64,000 bases of DNA from a virus. Taxonomy: Duplodnaviria; Caudoviricetes. The stretch lies in the IMG/VR virus record IMGVR_UViG_3300017585_000267, positions 32,001-96,000 of that record. One strand, 5' to 3'. This document shows positions 56,671 through 64,000 of the stretch, piece by piece. Within the stretch, counting starts at the first letter, position 1, and each line of letters opens with the position of its first letter. The notes beneath the pieces are model-generated. The model saw only the letters and a program-made list of their open reading frames with translations, made no database searches and was not told the DNA's origin. The position numbers were made by a program, and so were the translations under genes.

Positions 56671-59600
56671 ATGAAGAAGAATAGACTATATACGGTGACG
56701 AAGGCCAACAAGGCTCACCTGTTCAGCTATGGCGGGACTGCAACCCAAGGAAGCGCGAATGTGGGTATAAACAATTCAGTCTCTTCATCTTCCAAGATGA
56801 ACTGGGGCAAGGCCGCATCCACTGTTGGAGGCACTCTGCTCAATACGCAGGGTACAGACAAGCTCCTGGATTACGCTGACCCCCTGTATTATCTTGCAGG
56901 GAGCAACGAGTCCCAGGTAGGCAATACCTTGCAATCGACTGGAAAGGGGCTGTTCAAGACTGGCGTACAGTCTGGCAATCCCTGGGTGATGCTTGCCGGG
57001 GGAGTGGCGCAAGGTGTGGGAAGTCTTACAAACGCTGCCTTTGGGCATTCCATAGAGAATGAGGATGCAGTAAAGAGCAACACCACGAGGCTCAACCAGT
57101 ACAGGGTAAGCGATGACAGCTACGAGTCCATACAGAACGCCTTCAACTCAAGCCCCCTCATGAAGCAGGACATAGGGAAGGTGTCCAATGGCTGGTTTAC
57201 GAACAAGGGAACCAAGAAGGCCAACAAGCTCACTGAGGCGCAGAACAATGCATACGCCTTTGCCACAAACTCCACCCGCAATGCGATAAACAACGTGAAG
57301 TCCAAGCAGAACGCGGCCTATGAGCTGAACTACTCCGCCTTCGGGGGGCCACTGTTCACCCAACAGAACAGCGGCATGGGAGCCATAGACTATGGATTCA
57401 TGAGTGACTACCTGGCTGCAAAGAATGCCAAGACGCAGACGGACAACAAGATAACCTCAATGCCCAACAGTTTTATAGGAATGGAAGGTGTCAATACATT
57501 TGCCGAAGGTGGGTCAATTCACATCAAGCATCCCGGAAGGCTCACTGAACTGAAGAAGAGAACCGGGAAGACCGAGGATGAGCTTTGGGCGACGGGTAAT
57601 CCGGAATACAGGAAGATGATTACATTCGCAAGGAATGCCCGCAAATGGAAGAAGGCCTACGGTGGGGCCCTGGACGAACTTGAGGATGGCGCCCCATTGT
57701 TTGCCTTTGGCGGGAGCCTTCAGTCCCATGGGTCTGATTGGTCCAACGGAGTGACCATGGTGAACACCGGAGGTACGCATGAGGAGAATCCCTATGAGGG
57801 GGTGAAGGTCGGGGTCGACCACAAGGGAATGGACAACCTGGTTGAGGAGGGGGAGGTCATTTATACATTCCCTGACAGTGACTTCGTTTACTCAAACAGG
57901 ATTACATGTCCTGAAGAGCTGAGGAAGAAATATGGAATAAGGGGCAAGAAGGACTTGACATTCGCCGAGGTGGCCAAGCGGGTCCAGGAGGAAAGCGCCG
58001 AAAGGCCCAACGACCCGATAAGCAAGGCTGGCCTCGAGGCGATAATGCAAGACCTTGCGGACAGCCAGGAGAGGCTTAAGGAGGAGGCCAATGCCGCGAG
58101 GGCAAAGGCTGAATTTGAATCCATGACCCCGGAGCAACAGGCGACCATTCTCGCGGCACGTCAGCAAGCGGTCTCCCAGCAAGCCGCCGTTCCCCAGGAA
58201 CAGCCAATACCCCAAGCTGGGACTGTGCCACAGGAACAGCCTGTAATGTCCACAGATGGGGGAAACATCCATGCCGAGGGCGGTCCCTACAATACATACG
58301 GGTACGTAAAGGGCTATGACAGGGGATGGTTCGGGGATGACGGCAAGTACACCCAGGACTACCTTGACAGGGTTAACGCCCTCACGGCGGAAGAGCTGCA
58401 AAAGCAGTTTGACCGCCAGTATGCCTTCTATCATGATGACGCGAACAAGGACACCGACAGGTGGAAGTCGATAGACGAGTTCTACAAAAGGAACTCGAAG
58501 TACAACGACGCGGCCTACAAGGTGACGGACGAGGACCTCAAGGACGCCATAAGGCTCGCCCAGGACTACAAGCCCGGCTATATGCATGACTTGGTGTTGA
58601 GGGCTACGGAGACTGTTCCCGAGGTGACCCCTCCGAACATTCCCCAGGGCGTCACTACTGATGCAGGCACATTGGCGCCAAATGAGCCAAGGGTGGCGGC
58701 TGCAAACAGATATTGGCTGAGGGATCCAAACGGCGGCGAGGCCACCCCCATCGACGACTACTTCGAGGGGGTGAACGGGAATGGCTATACATGGGCGCAG
58801 CTTCACCCTGACTATACAAGCGCCGGTGACGGGATTGTACGGGAGCCGGTGGACGTGGACGGGATTCCCACCACATACACCGACTATTACTTCGACCCCT
58901 CGGCAAGGCAGGCTGATGTGGCAGGTGTCTCTCCCAGGACAAGGTGGGAAGGCTGGAGGTACGCAGGTCTCTTCGGACCGGCGATAGGGCTTGGGATGCA
59001 GGCTGCCGGGATAGGCAAGCCAGACTATGCCGACCTTGACGCGGCAGTATCCCTTTCGGGTAGGGAGCCGATTGAAGCCAGGGTCGAACATATAGGAAAC
59101 TACATGAAGTACAGGCCCTTTGACAGGGACTATTACCTCAACAAGGCGAACGCCACCAACGCCGCGACACGGAGGGCGATCCTCAACTCCGGTGCAGGTG
59201 CCTCCAGGAATGCCGCGTTGCTGGCCTCGGACTACAATGCGGTGAACAACTTGGGTGACCTTGCACGGCAGGCCGAGGAATACAACCTCGCCCAAAGGCA
59301 GCAGGTAGCCCAGTTCAACAGGGAGACTGACCAATACAATGCCACTGCTGACAACAATGCCCATCTACAGTATGCTCAGGATTATAATCGCAACAGGCAG
59401 TACGCGGCATCCCTGGCACTCCGTGCGGCTGCTGAAAAGCTCAACGGCAACGCCGAATGGTACAATGGCATTTATGGGAACATCTCGGGCCTTGCCAACG
59501 CAATCTCGAACATAGGCAAGGAGAACGCCGCCCACAACATGGTGGCGAGGTCTGCGGCTGACGGGATCTACGGAAGCATGAATCCCGATACGGGCGCACT

Positions 59601-59691
59601 TGCCAGCGAGGTGCTGGTCACCGAGGATGACACAAGGGCCGGGAGGCGCAAGAACAGGAAAAACAAGAAGAAGGGAGGCTTGACTTACTGA
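56671..59691 (+). CDS. cargo (ejection) protein 1
   Basis: GGTHEENP.EGV..G.D....NLVEEGEV, RPNDPIS and IHIK...FARNARKW motifs; promoter TATATTTG at 56643-56650. Confidence 0.7.
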   Translation: MKKNRLYTVTKANKAHLFSYGGTATQGSANVGINNSVSSSSKMNWGKAASTVGGTLLNTQGTDKLLDYADPLYYLAGSNESQVGNTLQSTGKGLFKTGVQSGNPWVMLAGGVAQGVGSLTNAAFGHSIENEDAVKSNTTRLNQYRVSDDSYESIQNAFNSSPLMKQDIGKVSNGWFTNKGTKKANKLTEAQNNAYAFATNSTRNAINNVKSKQNAAYELNYSAFGGPLFTQQNSGMGAIDYGFMSDYLAAKNAKTQTDNKITSMPNSFIGMEGVNTFAEGGSIHIKHPGRLTELKKRTGKTEDELWATGNPEYRKMITFARNARKWKKAYGGALDELEDGAPLFAFGGSLQSHGSDWSNGVTMVNTGGTHEENPYEGVKVGVDHKGMDNLVEEGEVIYTFPDSDFVYSNRITCPEELRKKYGIRGKKDLTFAEVAKRVQEESAERPNDPISKAGLEAIMQDLADSQERLKEEANAARAKAEFESMTPEQQATILAARQQAVSQQAAVPQEQPIPQAGTVPQEQPVMSTDGGNIHAEGGPYNTYGYVKGYDRGWFGDDGKYTQDYLDRVNALTAEELQKQFDRQYAFYHDDANKDTDRWKSIDEFYKRNSKYNDAAYKVTDEDLKDAIRLAQDYKPGYMHDLVLRATETVPEVTPPNIPQGVTTDAGTLAPNEPRVAAANRYWLRDPNGGEATPIDDYFEGVNGNGYTWAQLHPDYTSAGDGIVREPVDVDGIPTTYTDYYFDPSARQADVAGVSPRTRWEGWRYAGLFGPAIGLGMQAAGIGKPDYADLDAAVSLSGREPIEARVEHIGNYMKYRPFDRDYYLNKANATNAATRRAILNSGAGASRNAALLASDYNAVNNLGDLARQAEEYNLAQRQQVAQFNRETDQYNATADNNAHLQYAQDYNRNRQYAASLALRAAAEKLNGNAEWYNGIYGNISGLANAISNIGKENAAHNMVARSAADGIYGSMNPDTGALASEVLVTEDDTRAGRRKNRKNKKKGGLTY

Positions 59692-59692
59692 C

Positions 59693-61228
59693 ATGGCTAA
59701 TTATTCTTTTGTAATCAACTCGACCTACGACCCCTTTACCCTTGGTGAGCTCATGACCCCTTACCAGGAGTATGGGAAGGCCTTCGAGAAGCAGGAAGAC
59801 AAGATTGAGGACATGACCGACAAGGCCGAGACCTTGAAGTACATAGCCGAGCAGGACCCCAACAGTGAGACCGCGAGGCTGTACCAAAGCATGAACGACA
59901 GGCTGACGGCTGCAAGGGATGAGCTTTACAGGAATGGCATGAGCATGGGAATACGGAAGGACATCCAGAACCTGCGGGGGCTATATACTGCAAACGCCTC
60001 GGAGATTACAAGGAGGTACAACGATCTGAGGGAATACCGGGACAGGATGACAAAGCTTGTCGACAAGGATCCCAGCGTCAGGTTCACCCCATCCTCATAC
60101 AACATAGGGCTTGACAGCTTTGCCGGGGGCAAGACCCCCTCAATGGACAGAATGAGCGGGGATGAGGTGGCGCAAAGGGGCGCACAGGCCATGAAGGCGT
60201 TTACAAGCAGGGAGTTCCGAAACTCCGTCGAGGGGAAGCTGATGGGAGGCCAGTACTGGAACTATGTGCAGGAGAACGGCATGGACAACAACGCCATAAA
60301 CGAGCTGCTTAGCCACCTCGGGGATGAGAGGTTCACTACCCTCAACAGCGTGATAGACGGAATCCGGAGGGAATATGTGGGAAAATTCGACGATGCAGAC
60401 AGCCAGTACTTCGACAGCAGGCTGAGGGAAGGTCTCAATGCAGGTGCCATCTATGATAGGAGGGAGTCTCCTACAGGAAACCAGGCCTACATAAGTCCAC
60501 TTGAAGCCGCAAGGGAGGAACGCTACAAGGAGCAGGCCGATATGGAGAAGGAGGCTCTGAAGTTCCAAAGGGGTGATGGCACAAGGATTATGAGGGGTGC
60601 CGATGGCAAGGACTACAGGGTGAGGGTCAACATCGACGGCAGTCTGTCGGCTGTCGAGGTGGCCCCGACGGACACCGAGGTGACAGATGCTTCCAAGAAC
60701 AAGATTTACAAAGACGCCTTCGGAGATTCCTTCATCTATGAAGGGAATGACCCCACGAAGGGAAGATTGTACAACACTGGTGGGGACACTCCCGTAAGCG
60801 ACATCACGATAGCCAATCCAGACGAGGCCTCCAAGGGGAAGAATCCCCTCCTAACAAGCCCCGTGAACCCTGCCAAAATTACGCTCATCGGCAAAGACAG
60901 GCCATACTATAACAGCAGAGGAGAGGAGATAAACTGGAAACAGCAGGACAACGAGATTCAGATTCCCCTTAAAGTGGGTTCAGACGATTACCAGAGGGCT
61001 GTAAGGGCGAATCCTGACAGGGAGAACGCCGAAAGGTATATCTACTATAGAATCGCAGGTTCAGAGAAACAGGAGAAGCAACGGCAGAAACAGATAGAAA
61101 AAGGCGTGGAGCCTGATGACATCTACGTAAGGGTTCCCAATCCAAACTATGACAGGGATGTGCAGCAGGCAGGCAGCGGCCAGCCAACTCCTGTGAACCC
61201 TCCGGTAGGCAGGGGCAGTGAAGGTTAG
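59693..61228 (+). CDS. cargo protein 2
   Basis: MANYSFVINS.YDPF...ELM.P N-terminus; follows cargo protein 1. Confidence 0.65.
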   Translation: MANYSFVINSTYDPFTLGELMTPYQEYGKAFEKQEDKIEDMTDKAETLKYIAEQDPNSETARLYQSMNDRLTAARDELYRNGMSMGIRKDIQNLRGLYTANASEITRRYNDLREYRDRMTKLVDKDPSVRFTPSSYNIGLDSFAGGKTPSMDRMSGDEVAQRGAQAMKAFTSREFRNSVEGKLMGGQYWNYVQENGMDNNAINELLSHLGDERFTTLNSVIDGIRREYVGKFDDADSQYFDSRLREGLNAGAIYDRRESPTGNQAYISPLEAAREERYKEQADMEKEALKFQRGDGTRIMRGADGKDYRVRVNIDGSLSAVEVAPTDTEVTDASKNKIYKDAFGDSFIYEGNDPTKGRLYNTGGDTPVSDITIANPDEASKGKNPLLTSPVNPAKITLIGKDRPYYNSRGEEINWKQQDNEIQIPLKVGSDDYQRAVRANPDRENAERYIYYRIAGSEKQEKQRQKQIEKGVEPDDIYVRVPNPNYDRDVQQAGSGQPTPVNPPVGRGSEG

Positions 61229-61256
61229 CGTAATCAGTTAAAGAGCAAGGCGACAT

Positions 61257-64000
61257 ATGAGCATTTGGAAGGACTTTTGGGGCAGCGTTGTCAATGCCAG
61301 CGCGAATACAGTCTTGAATCCCCCTGAATCGCGGGACTTCTATACAGAGTATAGCAAGGCGAAGACCGCCAAGGAGGATGAGAGGAGCCAGAGGCAGAAC
61401 GAGCTGGGAGTTGACGAATGGACCCCTTATTACTTCAAGGGGCTGAGCGGCCTCTCCAGCAAGCAAAGGGAGAAGTGGGAGCAGGACAACCTGGACTACA
61501 TAAATGGGTTGAAGGTGAAGCACCCCATGGCATCCGACGACGAGCTTGAGGCATACAAGAACAACAGGTTCAAGAACGACATACTCAGGAAGTCCAAGAG
61601 TCCCATAGTGCAGGGAATCTTCAAGGACGGCAACCTTACCGACCAGGAATGGGAAACACTCGACGACAACATCTCCAGGGCTGCGCTGGAGAACGACCTT
61701 GACGGGCTTAGCGATGACAGGGATTCCTACAAGGACAGTTGGTGGAAACACGCCGGGGATGTCTACCTTGGGGAGAACATAAAGAGCAGCCTCAGGGACG
61801 GTGCCAGGGAATACCTCAGGGGCAGCCAGAATCCCGAGGAGATAACCAATCAGGTATATGCCTGGGAGACGGACCCCCTCAAGAAGCAGGAGGCCGTCGA
61901 GGCCTTCGATTCACTCTCCTCGTCACTGTCGCAGGACTATGACATGATGGCCAATCCTGACAAGTACAAGGCCATACAGAACTATGGAAGGTTCAAGGAT
62001 ACCGAGGCCTTGAGGATGAGCAGCCAGGAGAAGGAGACCTTGCTCGCGGAATATATGGCCAATGTGCGGAGGGGTGGGGAGAAGTACGCCAACGAGGAAC
62101 TTGTCAATGTCTTCAAGGACAAGATGGAGGCCAGTCAAAGCAAGCTCGACGTGGCACTCAACGCAGGTAGCATGTTCATCGACAACTTCGCGTCCATGGC
62201 GATAGGTACGGTGGGCATCATGGATGGCCTGTTGACTGGTGGTAGCTTGGGAAGGGCCATCATGGGAGAGGATGAGGAAGATGCGCAGAGGCGTGAGGGT
62301 CAGGGCTACTTGCAGGGGATATTCGACAATCCCCTCGTACAGTATTCCTCTGGCATAATGGAATCCCATGTGTATGACATGGATGCCCAGAAGGTCTTCA
62401 AGGAACTCGGAATTACGGACAACCAGCTTTACGAGAAAGCAAGCGAAGAAGGCAAGCTCTTCAACAGCAAGACCCTTCCCAACCTGCTTGGGCAGTATGG
62501 TTTTACGGCTGCGTCCACGGCACTTTCCATGGGAGGTACGGCGGCTGCACAAGGGGCCATAAAGGGAGGGCTGTGGGCTGCCAAGGCCCTTGGTATGGCA
62601 AAGAACGCCACTACTTGGAACAAGGCGTTGAGGACCGCCGCCAAGTCGAAGGACATGCTCAACCTAGTGAACGGAGGCATAGTGGCCACCACGGAAGGCG
62701 CACAGATAGCGCAGCTTGACAAGGTTGAGAAGTACGAGGCCATGACTGAGGACATGTACAAGAAATACATCGACCGGACAGTCGAGGAAAGCCCTGCCGT
62801 AGCCAGCCAAATACTGATTGACAGATATGCCCAGGAGAACCCTGAAATGGCAGGCATGATTCCACAGGGTTCCCTCATGATGGATCCCGAGACTGGCAAG
62901 GCCGTACAGGTATTCTCGGAGGAGGACAAGGAACGGCTGAAGGATTTTATTGGCCAGGACAAGGAGGTGAAGGACTATATCCTTGGACAGTACACAGCCG
63001 CCCACAAGGATGAGGTGGCCAATGACATCAACAACATAAGGGACATAGCCGAAGACGGAGCCTTGGCGGACTTCGCTTTCCAAAGCGCCATCAATGGCGC
63101 CGTCAACATGGGACTCAAGGCCACCCTTCATTCAAAGGGAGTGCAGAAGGCCCTTCAGCGAACTGGACTCAAGAAAGCTCCGGCTGCAAGGTACGCGGAC
63201 AATGTGGACGTAAGTAAGGATGCTTCGGGCAACTGGGTGGCCACGGCAAAGAAGGCATCACGTGGAGCCTTGGTGAAGGAGAGGCTGAAGGAAAGCTGGG
63301 GTGAGGGACTTGAGGAGTATGTACAGGACGTGGGCTCCGGGTTTGGCAGTGGCTACACTGACGTGGCATACGAACAGTACCTCAACTCAAAGTATGGGGA
63401 CGAAAAGGGCGTGAACGCCGCCGTGGAGTACAGCTTCATAGATGCCCTCTCAGGTGCCCTGACGCAGGGCATGGAGAAGGCGGTGGCCTGGGACTCCGTA
63501 AAGGACGGCATCCTTGGCGGACTTAGCTCGCTCATAGGCGGCTTCAATGTAAACCAGAACTTCAGGCCAAGATCCTCAGGGACTACGGAAGGCCAAAATT
63601 GGTTTGAAAAGCTCAGCAGCAGGTCTCCCATAGTGTGGAGGGGCGCACTAAGTCCCCTTATAAATGGAACTGACGCAAAGCTGAGGCAGAGCTACAACGA
63701 CAGGGTTGCCGAGGAACTCAACAAGTTCTTCAATGACAAGGACGTCCAGGAAAAGCTCCTCAACACCGAAAGCGCCATGAGCTTCCTCAGGGACTACCAG
63801 GACGCGCTTGACGGCAAGGACGAACTCAAGGCGAGGGACGCGGAGTTCGGGCAGCAGTTCTCCGTGCTGAACACACTGAACGCCCTCAAGGGCACAGCCT
63901 ATTATGACGCCGTCATGACTTCCCTTGACATGAGGGAGGCCGTCGGCAAGCTCACTGACGACCAGATAAAGGAGCAGCTTCAGGACAGCAACTCCGATGC
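61257..64000 (+). CDS. large cargo/virion protein, N-terminal part (runs off window)
   Basis: ATG at 61257 (MSIWKDFWG...); frame appears open to the edge; Gly/Ala-rich segments and GEGLEEYVQ motif. Confidence 0.7.
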   Translation, partial: MSIWKDFWGSVVNASANTVLNPPESRDFYTEYSKAKTAKEDERSQRQNELGVDEWTPYYFKGLSGLSSKQREKWEQDNLDYINGLKVKHPMASDDELEAYKNNRFKNDILRKSKSPIVQGIFKDGNLTDQEWETLDDNISRAALENDLDGLSDDRDSYKDSWWKHAGDVYLGENIKSSLRDGAREYLRGSQNPEEITNQVYAWETDPLKKQEAVEAFDSLSSSLSQDYDMMANPDKYKAIQNYGRFKDTEALRMSSQEKETLLAEYMANVRRGGEKYANEELVNVFKDKMEASQSKLDVALNAGSMFIDNFASMAIGTVGIMDGLLTGGSLGRAIMGEDEEDAQRREGQGYLQGIFDNPLVQYSSGIMESHVYDMDAQKVFKELGITDNQLYEKASEEGKLFNSKTLPNLLGQYGFTAASTALSMGGTAAAQGAIKGGLWAAKALGMAKNATTWNKALRTAAKSKDMLNLVNGGIVATTEGAQIAQLDKVEKYEAMTEDMYKKYIDRTVEESPAVASQILIDRYAQENPEMAGMIPQGSLMMDPETGKAVQVFSEEDKERLKDFIGQDKEVKDYILGQYTAAHKDEVANDINNIRDIAEDGALADFAFQSAINGAVNMGLKATLHSKGVQKALQRTGLKKAPAARYADNVDVSKDASGNWVATAKKASRGALVKERLKESWGEGLEEYVQDVGSGFGSGYTDVAYEQYLNSKYGDEKGVNAAVEYSFIDALSGALTQGMEKAVAWDSVKDGILGGLSSLIGGFNVNQNFRPRSSGTTEGQNWFEKLSSRSPIVWRGALSPLINGTDAKLRQSYNDRVAEELNKFFNDKDVQEKLLNTESAMSFLRDYQDALDGKDELKARDAEFGQQFSVLNTLNALKGTAYYDAVMTSLDMREAVGKLTDDQIKEQLQDSNSD

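Noticed and set aside
26677-64000. Stop-codon reassignment (TAG or TGA) as in some crAss-like phages
   Set aside because: Portal, TerL, MCP and cargo ORFs are full length in code 11 and end at TAG, TGA or TAA

Overview
A 64-kb segment of a crAss-like Bacteroidota phage (Crassvirales). The major capsid protein and structural gene order most resemble the PhiCrAss001/Steigviridae type. It uses the standard genetic code, and the coding DNA looks unusually GC-rich for this order (by eye, not computed). The left arm (1-25.3 kb) is mostly on the minus strand. It carries replication genes (UDG, primase, SSB-like, AAA ATPase, DnaB, SF2 helicase) and an apparent ubiquitin-like conjugation operon (Ubl fusion, E2-like, JAB, E1/ThiF, conserved unknown). 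It also has an RNA ligase flanked by one canonical tRNA-Arg(CCT) and two tRNA-like genes with abnormal anticodon arms, and three paralogous 93-aa genes. A ~3.2-kb noncoding block next to a RepL-like gene holds 23-bp-phased iterons, a 14-copy palindromic TATA array and two related promoter-driven putative ncRNAs. The right arm (25.5-64 kb) is on the plus strand. It carries the portal, lysis candidates, TerL with an Ala1 intein whose homing endonuclease looks dead, scaffold, MCP, ring/neck proteins, a muzzle gene split by an Ig-domain-rich insertion, and cargo proteins running off the window edge. All product calls come from motif recognition by eye; no searches were run.
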